From the human T2T-CHM13v2.0 reference genome, Homo sapiens, in NCBI RefSeq assembly GCF_009914755.1, contig NC_060927.1: a stretch of DNA of 64,000 nt; one strand, 5' to 3'. Numbering within the stretch: the first letter of the stretch is position 1; every line of letters begins with the position of its first letter. The notes under the pieces are model-generated. The model was not told the origin of the DNA, did not search any database, and saw only the letters and a list, made by a program, of their open reading frames with translations. Positions 1-13,122 of this stretch are shown piece by piece. The position numbers and the translations under genes were made by a program.

Positions 1-372
1 CAATTAAGAACATACCTCTCCTTTTTCTCTGAATGAAAAACCCCCATCAATGTAATAGGAAACCATGAATAACATCCTAAGCCATATTTTAATAGAATTT
101 TTCCCTCAGATATCAACCGTCCCCCATCAGGAATGTACTGCTTTTGGTGAATGTTTGCGTAAAAGGGAAGTGAGTGATCCTCCAGGCAGGTCTACCTCTT
201 CCTGCTTGCCATTCCATATTGTCTCCCTGCTCTGTCTCCCTCCTGTCCTGCAATGGTCCAAATGGACACATTTACAAGAATAAAATAACATCAAAGAAAA
301 GCCAACAAACCCGGAAAAAAGTAGCTAAGAAGGCAGACAACACATGAAATTGAAGCAACTGAAGGGCTAACA

Positions 373-378
373 TTTATT
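373..378 (-). terminator. LAMP3: Polyadenylation signal AATAAA for the putative LAMP3 alternative terminal exon
   Basis: Plus-strand tttatt = AATAAA on minus, about 650 nt after the stop at 1025. It is followed on minus by CA (about 352) and GU-rich tracts (atttcatgtgttgtctgcc; gggtttgttggcttttctttgatg). Confidence 0.6.
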
Positions 379-1024
379 GAGCCCCTCCTTTTTTGCCATG
401 ATCTTTGATATGTGCTTTAAATTAAAAAAGTGAAATAGGCAGTTTCCTAATTTTTTAAACTGATAATACATTACAATAGAGTAGGATATGTTTTTTTAAA
501 ATAATAGCATATTAAGATCATCTATAATTTAAGTAAACAAAATTTGGGTAAAATCCAGGAGTTTAAAATCATTTTGTAATCAACTTTGAAATGCATTGGT
601 TTTTTTAAAGTAATGTTTTTAAAAACTGAAAATCAGGACTCTTGAAAATGTATAAGAAAAATCAGTCAATTTGTAAATGTCTTCCCCACAATTCTCCCTC
701 CGGGTTTTTGCTTTCTCCCTTCTCACAAGCACCCCGCTCATGTCTCTGCCTATTGCCCCTAATTCCGGAAGCCAGCACTGGTATATTCAGGTATGGCAGA
801 GGGCATCAAGCACACCTGGCATGGCCTCCCCAAAGCAACAGGAGGAAGTAGGGGAGGTGCTGTTTCCCAGCACTGCGGTAGCCCTTTGGTGGAAAGTTAG
901 GTTTCCTAATCAGCTCAGGAGGGTGCAACAGGCAACGAGACAGGTCAATCCTTTCACTTCAGGCTGAATATGATGCTGGAATTCCCAAGACCTTAACTTT
1001 GCACATTTTGAAGAAAGTGGGGCT

Positions 1025-1164
1025 TTACATGCGTTCATATCCTCTACTGGGCCTCTTTCTGGCCACCAGACATGCGGTTAGCAAAATGACAAGCAGTCCT
1101 GTGATACTCAGGCCCATGGCCACAGGGATTTCTCTCCTGTTTCTGTCACTGAAGCATTCATCCG
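1025..1164 (-). CDS. LAMP3: Putative LAMP3 alternative last coding exon: (A)DECFSDRNRREIPVAMGLSITGLLVILLTACLVARKRPSRGYERM*
   Basis: Acceptor ...ctgacttcaattacag|CG is in phase 1 with the exon 5 donor. It has a DEC motif like the canonical last exon, a hydrophobic helix of about 22 aa, basic RKR and a terminal GYxxPhi, then TAA. Confidence 0.75.
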
Positions 1165-1344
1165 CTGTAATTGAAGTCAGAGTAACAAGTGTTACAGACT
1201 GGCCACAAATGCTGGGAAGTGGCACTGCCACATCTGCCTCAGCTTTGGAGAAAAGAAGACAGAGGGGAAGATGGAGCTGTTGGGGCTCAGACAACAGTGG
1301 GTGAAAACGAGAGGGAAAGGGTCAATACAGTGGATCTGACACGT

Positions 1345-1490
1345 GTAGCACTGGTAATTAGTTAGGGAGCTTATTAAATTGCAGATGCCCAGACACATGC
1401 CCAAGAAATGATAATTCAGTGGGTCTGAGCTGAGGCCAGGGGAATTCTGATGCTGCTTCCAGGCAGATCCAACTTTGAGAAAATGCTAGT
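1345..1490. mobile_element. MER5-like hAT DNA transposon fragment
   Basis: gggagcttattaaattgcagatgccc...gattctgatgc...actttgagaa resembles the MER5A consensus. Confidence 0.5.
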
Positions 1491-1577
1491 TTGGCCTAGA
1501 GGGTTGTGATCAGAGTTATGTCTTGACTCTCAAACTAGAGTAATTCCCGGAGCCATATTCTCCAACTCTAGTAATAG

Positions 1578-1863
1578 TTTGAGACAGAGTCTCACTGTGT
1601 CACCCAGGCCAGAATGCAGTGACACAATCTCGGCTCACTGCAACCTCCGCCTCCTGATTTCAAGTGATTTTTATCCCTTAGCCTCCCGAGTAGCTGGGAT
1701 TACAGGCATGTACCACCATGCCGGGCTAGTTTTTTGTATGTTTAGTAGAGATGGGGTTTTGCTATGTTGGCCAGGCTGGTCTCATAGTCCTGGCCTCAAG
1801 TGATCCACCTGCCTTGGCCTCCCAAAGTGCTGGGATTACAGGAGTCAGCCAACATGCCCAGTC
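1578..1863 (-). mobile_element. Alu
   Basis: Reverse-complement Alu dimer. Confidence 0.95.
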
Positions 1864-3107
1864 CTAACTCTGTGTTTCTTACAGGGGCTGCTCAGATAGC
1901 TTGGGGCTCCTAAATCAGCATAATAAACAGCAAAAGAAAAGGACAGCAAAAACCCTAAAACTCAATAAACAAAACACAATGTTTGCAGGCTCCAGGATTT
2001 TAGGGAGGAGGAGATTTTAGGAGTCAGGAGTCTACTGTTTGGGATGACCATTATCTTTTACAAGGCTCAGCTTTGACACTTGCTGGATTCCTCTCCAGTT
2101 CTTCGATCCCCTGTTTAAAAATCGCCTATCACTCAAGACTTCTTTAGTCCACCCTCTCATCACCAATGCTGTCAGTCACAACTTCCTCTGGGCTCCCATA
2201 ACCCTTTGCACATGTGTCTTTTAAACACCATATAGTATGGTAACTTGCTCCTCTTTTCCCCCTTCTCTTACTCTCTAGTAGAAAATCCTATTTACAGAAT
2301 GACATACCTCTTCACATTTGAGCATCTTTAGTGAAATTTGAAGTGCAAAGACTAAGAAGATGGCGTTGAGTTGATACGGTGACAGTGGGAGAACAAGGGG
2401 AACATTTTGGAAGTGGAATTGTTAGGGCTTTGTGACTATTTGTATGAGAGGGTGCTGGAGGGAGAGGAGTTAAGGAGAACTCTGAAGTCTGTTGTTTGGA
2501 AAACTATCCAGTTAATGATGGTTTTAAGAAAAAAAAAATGTAAAGACAAGCGAGCTTTTCTATGCATCCCTGTGAACACTGGCGTGCACTGCTGAAACGT
2601 TTTATTTCCTACCTCTGCCACTAAGAAGTTTCCCAGACCTGATCACTTCCTGCTTCATAGAGGTTCTGAAGGGGAAGAAGAGCAAGTGTGTACCTTTTTT
2701 TAAGATCACACGATTACAGAAGTTTTTCAAACCTTCATAATGATTGTAAAAGAAAGAAATAGTTTTCCAACACTAGCATTTTTGAGAGTGGAGGACAAAT
2801 GGGGCCAACCTCTACTGGCAAATTCTCATATGACTGTGGGACTCCAACAAAGCCTACAGAAACCAGGGGACCCAAGGCAAGCAATGCCCAGTCCTTCCTC
2901 TGCCAAATGCTTCCCACTGAGTACATGAGGAGAAGTTTTCTGCTACACACATCTGCAATTTCATGATGGAACCCAAAGCAAAATCAGATTCATATTGTAG
3001 ACATTTAAAATACGGCTAAACTTCTAGCTAAATCTATTTTTGATAACTGGGAAGTACTCATCACATTTTTTAGTTATTATGAGAGGGATGTTTTAGAAAT
3101 TGAAGTA

Positions 3108-3257
3108 CATGACCCTCCTGGTCATATGTAGAAATCCTCGTAACACTGTTTTCCTGGAAGGGAGAAGAGGGCTTTTTCTGGCATATGACTCTCCTGGTCA
3201 TAGGCAGAAATCCTTATAACAATGTGTTCCTGGAAGGGAGAAGAGGGCTTTTCTGGA
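3108..3257. repeat. Two-copy tandem duplication, 76-bp period
   Basis: catgac..cctggtcat..agaaatcct..taaca..ttcctggaagggagaagagggcttttctgg occurs twice. Confidence 0.85.
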
Positions 3258-3923
3258 AAGTCACCCTGGTCTGCTCTTGGCCCTTGCCCAGGGACCTGTT
3301 TTCCTCCAGGGCAGTCATCAGGCAAGCTCTGCCTGTGATGGTCAGAACTCAAGGCAGAAGTTAGAGGGAAACTAAAACTGACTATGAGGAAACACTGTTG
3401 GGTGTGACAGCTTATAACTGGAGACGAGGGGCTCCAACAGCTTGTAATTGAGATGAGGGGGTCCAACAGAGTTTCCTTCTATTTTGAATTGCTGCATCTT
3501 GCTCTTTTCCCTCTGCAGGTGGGGAAGAAACTATTCTGAAATCTTGATTTCAGACATTACTGATACTCAGGATCTTTAAAGTGTTCTCCAAACATATCTG
3601 AATTTACACCCAACAGGACATAAAGGGAAGCCGCAGGTGGTATTTCTGTTGTTTTGATTGAGCGCGTGAGTGTTTAAATGAGTAAGAATGTGCGTGAGTC
3701 GAAGAGAGTGCAACCCGCTGCGGGACAGCCGTGACTGGGTGGGTGCAGGTGCCTGATTCTGAGGTGGCCAGAGGAGCCTGGCCCTGTGAGCTATGTGGAA
3801 TCACACCATCCCAGGAAGCTCATGAGATGCTTGCTCCTTCGACAGCTGCAGACAGAAAACACTTTGGATCTACCCTGGGGTCTCTAAAGTGTATGTTTGC
3901 AACCTGATCGACCCTTAACTTAC

Positions 3924-4094
3924 CATTTCCAAAGTGGTCATCTTCAAAATCAAAGGCTTGAAGTTGGACATCGGTTGTTTTCACCTGCAGGTGGGCTGAC
4001 AACTGGAGGCTCTGTTCACTCACGCACTTGAAGGAATGCCCGACTGCTGTCTGGAACATCACCACCGCATGTTTGATTCCTTGGTAAACTGTCT
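3924..4094 (-). CDS. LAMP3: LAMP3 exon 5 (ETVYQGIKHAVVMFQTAVGHSFKCVSEQSLQ...DDHFGN)
   Basis: tttcag|AG acceptor and G|gtaagt donor, 171 nt, phase 1-1; translation matches the LAMP domain of DC-LAMP. Confidence 0.97.
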
Positions 4095-4563
4095 CTGAAA
4101 AGGTGACAGATAGATGCATAAGAGTCCTGAGATGTAACCGCTGAGCTCCAGCTGTGGCCGGGCTGCCTGTGCACAGCTAAATGGCCTTCCTTCCTTCCGA
4201 GGGGCTTTCTGGGGGTTCTGCCACCTTCTCCCCATGAAAAAACACCCTGGTGCGGTTTGGAGACTTTTTCAGCTGCTCTGTTTGGGGTATAAGGGAGACA
4301 CCTCACATAAACTGGAATGCGCAAATAATGAAATGAGAACTTTTGAGAATGTGTTCTTTGGTTACTTTAAATCATTGGGGACAGAGTGGGTGGGAACTAG
4401 TCAGTACTTGGGGGCTACAGAGAGGCGCCTCCAAAATTTTAGAGATAAAAGAAGATTGCTTTCTGAGACTTAGAAAGTCACAGAACCCTTAATGAATCAG
4501 TGAAGGGACATGCAGTCAGCAAATGCTTATCACCAGGCTGAATGTATTAGATGAGCAGGGTCA

Positions 4564-4884
<321 letters not shown>

Positions 4885-5066
4885 TCATTAGGAGGGGTTG
4901 TTGCATCCATCCACAGAAACAGAGAGAAGGGAGAAGCCCATCTCTTCCCTTCTGATCGCCACCTGGGGAGAGAAACCTGCCTAAGGACTGGCCCTCTCTT
5001 ATGAAAGGTACACCCTGTTCAAGGAAGTGGAGGCTTCCAGGCAGATGAAGTTAAACATTTTAATCA

Positions 5067-5564
<498 letters not shown>

Positions 5565-6033
5565 TTAATCATACAATGAACTCCATTTTCTCTAATTCCA
5601 TGCTTGCTAAGCACCCTTCTGACTATACTGTAGCTTCTTGAATGGTAGAAATTTCACTGGCCAGAGGACCCAACTCTCTGGTCTGCTTAGTAGTTACAGT
5701 AAGGAATAGTCCCACGATGAATTAACAAGGTGGCATTAATGCCAGCGTCTGTACATGCAAATGCCCTACACAACGTACTGAATTCTCTGTGTACACTGCC
5801 GGGTCACGTGTTATATCCTGGGTAGTCTGCTACTACCATCCCCACTAACATTACAACTGTCACTACCGTAATTACAACTGATTACTATTCTTAATACCCC
5901 CACTAACATGAAAATCATCATTACTGTGACTCCTTGAGTTCCTGCTCAGCCATTAGGATCAAGACCTAGAATTGATTTTCCCACACCCTCAGCTTTAAAT
6001 TAATTTTTGATCAGACTTCCCCTTCCCCCCACC

Positions 6034-6331
<298 letters not shown>

Positions 6332-7253
6332 CTCCCCTACCTCTTGAGAGATTTCTATTCTATTGCTGGCTAAAATCTGGTCCATATCTAGTGATAACAT
6401 TAGCAAATTTATGTTAGCACTCACAATATTTATTCTCTATCCTAAGTGAGGAGACAGATCTAAGTGAATTAACATATATGAAAATGAGTTGTCAACTATG
6501 CTATCTTACTTACATTTAACAATCATTGGCAAATCCCCCTGAACATATCAATACAATGTAGCTGATATTTTAAGTAGACATTACTCCACATTTTCATTTC
6601 TTGGCAAGTTTCTTTGGCATAAATTCCTTAATTGGTAAAATAATGTTTAAGCTAGTCAAAGGATAGAGCTTTGAAAAGGGGAAAACAGACATGAAAACTC
6701 TTAGTACGGTACCTGGCACAGGGGGATACAAACAAATAAAGGTTATTTAACTTTCCAGGGAAACATTTGAGGCCTCTGAGAGACATCTTGTGTGAGTGGG
6801 AGCTTTGCTTCTCACACGAGAAGTGAATACTGTAGGAGTTCTCTGAATTTCCCCCACTACTCCACACAACAACCAAAGTGAACCTTTATAAATGTAAATC
6901 TGAGGTATCATTTTCTTCTCTCCCCTAGACCCCTCGGTGGCATCCTTTCACACTTTAGAATAAAGTCCAAAGTCCTGACCCTTGCCTTGCCACTGGCTCT
7001 GCATGCCCTGGCCTGGCTGTCTGTCCCTCGACCTCACCTGCTGCTTATTCTCTCTCCGGGCACACTGGCACTCTGCAGGTCCTTGAACACATTAGCCAGC
7101 TCACCCCTTAGGGCCTGTGCATCTGTTCTTCCTGCCATCTGGAAAGGGCTTCCCTAGGCCCAGATACCCCCAAAGAGCTGAATCTCTCTGCTCAAACTTC
7201 ACGTCTTCAGAGAGGGCCTTTCTCCCCTGAAGGCTTCCCTAATGTCCCACCTA

Positions 7254-7615
<362 letters not shown>

Positions 7616-7639
7616 GAACTTATCACTACTTAACAGAGC

Positions 7640-7966
7640 ACAGGAGTCCCCCTTATCCTTGGGGGATACATCCCAAGACCCCCAATGTACCAGTGTATGC
7701 CTGAAGCCATGGATAGTACTGAACTCTAGATATACTGTTTTTTCCTGCATATACATATATACCTGTGATGAAGTTTAATGTATAAACTGGTCACAGTAAG
7801 ATATTACAAACAATAACTAATGATAACATAGAAAAATTGTCACACTATAAAAAAGTGATGTGCATGTGAGCTCTCTCTCTCAGAAACTCTAATTGTACTG
7901 TACTCACCTGTTTTTGCACCAACCATGAAAAGTGAAACCGCGAATAAGGTCGGGGGGCAGTACTGT
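7640..7966. mobile_element. Tigger2/MER2-family DNA transposon derivative
   Basis: Terminal inverted repeats caggagtcccccttatcc ... gaataagg...gggcagtactg. Confidence 0.7.
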
Positions 7967-8334
7967 ATTATCATTTAATGTGTTGTTGTCCTCTTCCTCT
8001 TCTAGAATGTAAACTTCATGAGGGTAAGAACTATTAGTTTGAAAAATTATGGATCCCCAGTGCCTAATACAGGGCTTGGCACCTAGCAGGCACTAACTAC
8101 ATTTTAGTAGAATGAATGTATGATTCCCAGAGTATAGAATAAGCTGCACTATCGACAGCAAATCTGTCAAAAAGCCACTAAACTCTTTATTGTTGCCAAT
8201 CATGATCTCTGACGTAATCTAGTCCAGCCTCCTTTATGAGCAGATGGGCAAATTACAGCACACAGAGGCGTAGTAAAGTCCCCCAAAATCACATTGCTGG
8301 CTGCTTTCTCAGTCTGTTCCTTAGAAGCAGCATC

Positions 8335-8647
8335 GGCCGGGTGCAGTGGCTCACGCCTGTAATCCCAGCACTGTGTGAGACTGAGGTGGGTGGATCGCCT
8401 GAGGTCAGGAGTTTGAGACCAGTCTCGCCAATGTGGTGAAATCCCATCTCTACTAAAAATACAAAAATTAGCTGGGTGTGGTGGCACACGCCTGTAATCC
8501 CAGCTACTTGGGAGGCTGAGACAAGATAATCGCTTGAACACGGGAGGCAGAGGTTGCAGGGAGCCGAGCGAGATCGTGCCACTACACTCCAGCCTGGGAA
8601 ACAGAGCAAGACTCCATCTCAAAAAAAAAAAAAAAAAAAAAAAAAAG
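8335..8647 (+). mobile_element. AluS
   Basis: Full Alu with polyA. Confidence 0.95.
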
Positions 8648-8744
8648 CAGCATCAAACATGAGAAGATTCAATGGGATGAAAGGTGAGCTAACCAACAGA
8701 AACAGTGTCATGGCTGGTCGAATGGGCATTCTGTAATTACTAAC

Positions 8745-8802
8745 CTGGATCTGAGACGGTCAAATAGGCTCCCACTTCACTGATATAATATGATTCTTCA
8801 TC
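8745..8802 (-). CDS. LAMP3: LAMP3 exon 4 (DEESYYISEVGAYLTVSDP)
   Basis: ttttacag|GAT acceptor and G|gttagt donor, 58 nt; links exons 3 and 5 in frame. Confidence 0.96.
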
Positions 8803-11323
8803 CTGTAAAACAGTAGGGTGTTAACCTTTGGGTTATCTCTACTCATATGTTTACAATCTTGGTTTATAAACTTTGTTTAGGATTCCAGCTATTAAATCTG
8901 GATATAAGGGCTGGGGAGTTACTTGGTACTGGGTCATAATTGTGTATGAAAATTCCAAAAAAGTAAACATACCACAAATAAATAAATAATAACTAACAGT
9001 TTTCCCCTGGCCCCAAATTTCCCTACTGCATACTAGTTGCTAGGGCCTGGTATTCAAATTCCACCAGTACAATTTGAGTCCCTTCGGTTGGGCCAAATTT
9101 CTCCCTGTTAAAATGCAAGTCCATTGGGAAGATGGAGGAGCAGGAGCATATATTAAGTGTTTACTAGCAATTAATATCTAAGGGTAGGAATTCTTATCCT
9201 GAGACCACTCATCCTTTCCTTTTATTTTTAAGACCTTCCATCTGGCTTAGAAGGCTCATCCTTAAGGATACCATGGGAGGACCTCCCGGGGTCCATAAAC
9301 CCTCTGGGAAAAACAATGTATACAAAATGGTGTGTACATGTTCTTATGTAGGGTGTGAATGGCTTTACACAGATTAATGGGTCTATGTCTTCAAAATGGC
9401 TAAATGGGGCCAGTGGGAGGGATTATGGGAAGACATGCCTTACCCTGAGATCCCTGGGTATTCTCTAGAAGAGAACCCCAAGTGGTTGTATTTAAAACCT
9501 AAAGCAGCACCCCCACATTTCATCTAGGAATTATCTTTCCAGAAAAACAAAAACAAACTACAAAACAGCCCTATAAAAACAAAGGGTCTGAAACCTTCTA
9601 GGGAACTGAATTGGGGTGTAGAAGGGTAAGTTGAAAAGGGAGTTTCTATTTTTTAATTGAGGTGATCCACAGTGTTCTCAGTTTTAAACATTCCTTAGAA
9701 AACCATTTACAAGTTAAGAGATGCAAAAATGGCAGAGCAACCCAAATCAAAACCTGAAATTGAATTACTTTTAGAGGTTTCAAATATAGTCATTAGAGAA
9801 ACTTAACAATACTAATCTTTACCACATTATAGCTCATTTGTGTATTAGTGGATAAAATGTTGATTCACTATACAATCAAAGGGTTCCATAAATAGAAACT
9901 GTTTTAGTAAGGTCATTGATACTGATACACTGAGCTCTAGATCCTACAATTCATTGAATAGCACCTACCACACAATAGCTTCTTACCCCGTGTTAGGCAC
10001 TGTCGCAGGCACTTCCAAGCACTTGCCTTATTTAATCCTCACAATAATCATGAGAGAAAATGAGGCTGGGTGACTTGCTCCAGGTCACAGCCCTAAGAGG
10101 TGGCAGGGGAAGATATGACCTCCAGCTCTGCCTGCCTCAAGTCTAGCCTTTAACGTCTCTTTCATACCCACTCCATGCCAGGGATTGTTCTTGGTCCTGG
10201 GAGAGGACCTGGTTGCCTCCGTCAAGGTGCTCAGTCTCTTGGTTCTTGAAGGCAAGTTGAACAATGCCTTTAGACAATCCATTTGCTTTAGGGAGAAACA
10301 TCTCTTTTAAAAAGAGACCATCTTTGTGTTGCTTTAATATACCATTTATTTGGGGCATTTTTAAAATTTGGAGCCTCTTTTAATATAAGAGAGACTTATA
10401 TTTCAGGGTCCACAGTCCGGGTTACAAGGCCCCCGCCCCATCCCTAAGGGCAAAGAGCGTCCATCGAAGGGTTTTAAGCAGGGCAGTGACATGAGCATAG
10501 CTTTGTTTTTGTAAATGGCTCGGGCTGCACTGTGAGATTGATTTGAGGAGCAGCAGAATAGTGATGAGGTCAGCAAAGACTCCTCAGAGGCCTCTTGGAA
10601 TCTTCCCTTTGGTGTCTCCCTGACCTGTCCCTCCTAAAGGAAGAATGCTTGGCATTTCTGTGAGAGTTTCAGAATTCGCCACGTGCATGCTTTCACTGAC
10701 ATTGCCTCACTTGATCCTTACAACGACCCCGAGACAGAATCGATATTAACAGACCATTTTACAGCTGAGAACAAAGAGGCTCAGAAGAGTTAAGCATCTA
10801 CCGCAGATGCATGTAGTTTGTAGGTGAGACAAAGCAAGATCCTGCCCTACATTTTCCTCCATGGGATGTGTGGGTATAGAACAAAAATTCATTATGTGAG
10901 AATTTACTTTCACATTCCCTGAAATGCAGCTGAAACCTATAACCATTGATGGGAAGCAGGACTGGCTACATAATGAATTTTTGGGGCTTAGTAAAAAATG
11001 AAAGTGCGGGGCCATGTGTTCAAAAATCAAGAATTTCATGGGGCTACAGCAAAGCATGAAAACAAGTCTGAGCCCTTCCGGATGCACAGGCAGAACACCT
11101 GTGAACCCGTCCCTGATGGGCAGGGCCACTGCTGTTCCACAAGAATCTGCGCTTTCTAGGGCTAATCAAAAAATGAGGCCTTCCGTAAGCAGGGTGCTCA
11201 CATTCACTCTGAGTTCATCTTAAGGACACACAGGACAGAGTCTGGAAGCTGTACTCAGAATTCTTTCCATTTTGACTGAGTCAAAATTAGTGAAACATTG
11301 ACTAGGACTAAGCTGATGTCTAG

Positions 11324-11630
11324 CTTTTTTTTTGAGTTGGGGTCTCCCTCTGTCGCCCAGGCTGGTGTGCAGTGGCAAGATCTTGGCTCACTGCAGCCTC
11401 AACCTGCTGGGCTCAAGTGATCCTCCTGCCTGAGCCTCCCAAGTAGCTGGGACTACAAGCACGTGGCACCACAGCCAGCTAATTTAAAAAAAAATTTTTT
11501 ATAGAGATGGGATCTCACTATGGTGCCCAGGCTAGTCTTGAACTCCTGACCTCAAGAGATCTTCCCTACTTGACCTCTCAAGGTGTTGGGTTGACAAGGA
11601 ATGAGGCTTGAGGTATAAGCTACTATGTCT
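11324..11630 (-). mobile_element. AluJ
   Basis: Diverged reverse Alu. Confidence 0.9.
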
Positions 11631-11719
11631 AGCCATGATGTCTATCTTTAGAGTAAAGGAAAAGTATCTGTTAGGTGGATTCATGTAAACAAAAGGACAG
11701 GGGGATATTTAGTTTTCTT

Positions 11720-11936
11720 AAGATTACAAGCTTGACTTGACATGATCATACTTCAATTGTCCTACACATCTCTTCTGACTCACCCTTTCCATATGGTATT
11801 TAAGCCCTGGGTCTCAGGGTTAATGGCGTGGGGATATACCATCTTGTCTCATCACCATTCAAGACAGACATGGCTTCTGTTCATACATCCCTATTAAGTG
11901 TCTCTTTCCAAGAAAAAAAAAGATTCCAAGTTTTAC
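11720..11936 (+). mobile_element. Retroposed LTR-like 3' fragment with polyA tail and diverged TSD
   Basis: TATA-like tatttaagccctgggtct, attaag signal and A-tail; flanking aagattacaagcttgac / aagattccaagttttac match at 14/17. Confidence 0.55.
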
Positions 11937-12904
11937 ACAATTTATGCTATGGAATGAGGCTTAGACAATTGTACCACTTTATTCTGTAGAGTTGTAGTGT
12001 TACTGAATATTCTTAAAGGAAATAAAATCGTCTTTGGTAAACTTTTTTCCAGAAATATTTTAGGCTCTGTGGTCCTTTGTTAATCCGTCAAGGAACCTTA
12101 ACATCCTCCTTAGCAAAACTGTGGGTCCACCAACATGTCTACCTTTCTACAGACATACGGGGGTCTGGCACCAACCAGCCAATTCATCCTGCCCAGGACG
12201 CCAGCATGCCAATAACCATGGGGTCCTAAGGTCCCCCTGTCCACTTCTGCAAAACACACCGTGGAAGTTTCATAGTCCCAGCTGTTCAGGATGTGGATTT
12301 TGTCTTCAGCATCAATCATGTCCTTTTCGCTCAGCATTGTTGTGACTAAATCAAGAAAGCTTTGTTCTGGACATAGCAAAAGGAACCTGTGATCTACTTT
12401 TTGGCACTTTGACCCAGAGTTCTCTGCAAAATTTAGATTTTCTCCTTCATTGATACATTTGTTTATCAAACATTGCTAAAGATATACTATATGCGAAGTC
12501 GGGGTGAGCACTAGAGAAGAGACGTGAAGGAGCCATAGACTTTGCCTTGGGGATGGCAAAATGTGTGACAAGTGCATTGATGAAGTTTGGGGAACAATGA
12601 ATAGAGTTTCAGGGAACTAAGAGGAGGAAGTCTCTCATTTTACCTGAAGTGGAAGTGGGGAAGGGGGAATTTCACAGGGTGATGATATTTGAGTTATTTT
12701 AAGGATGGATGCTAAAGGAGCTGAGGGGTGGGAGGGGCCTTCTAGGCAGAGGGAAAAGTACCAGGGGAAAAAGAGCATGGAAAGTACAGATCACTTGGGG
12801 AGTTCTAAGTGTGCACTGTGAGGGTGTCAACACTTGAACACTGGTCACAGTCCTCAGAAGCCCAGCTCGTAGGCCAAGAGGGTTCCAAATGCCCCTCAAA
12901 GGCT

Positions 12905-13122
12905 CTGGAGACCAGTTTGAGCAACATAATGAAAACCTGTCTCTAGAAAAAAATACACAAATTAGCTGGGCATGGTGGCATGTACCTGTAGTCCCAGCTA
13001 CTCAGGAGACTGAGAGGTGGAGGATCACTTGAGTCCAGGAGGCTGAGGCTGCAGTGAGCCTGATCGTGCTACCACACTTCAGCCTGGGTGACAGAGGGAA
13101 GCCCTTTCTCAAAAAACAAAAA
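12905..13122 (+). mobile_element. Alu (5'-truncated, J-like)
   Basis: Partial Alu with A tail. Confidence 0.9.

Noticed and set aside
1025-1164. Calling this the canonical LAMP3 exon 6
   Set aside because: It differs from the recalled canonical C-terminus (...RCQSSGYQRI), which is not in the window.
1165-1294. Treating ORF 1025..1294 as a standalone 89-aa gene
   Set aside because: It has a non-ATG start, and LAMP homology begins exactly at the AG acceptor at 1165, so the upstream part is intron.
3820-3923. Exon 5 read-through peptide
   Set aside because: Short open frame behind a consensus donor, with no supporting features.
1165-3923. A third alternative terminal exon
   Set aside because: No further DEC...TM...GYxxPhi coding segment seen between exon 5 and the new exon; the rest of the intron beyond base 1 is not visible.
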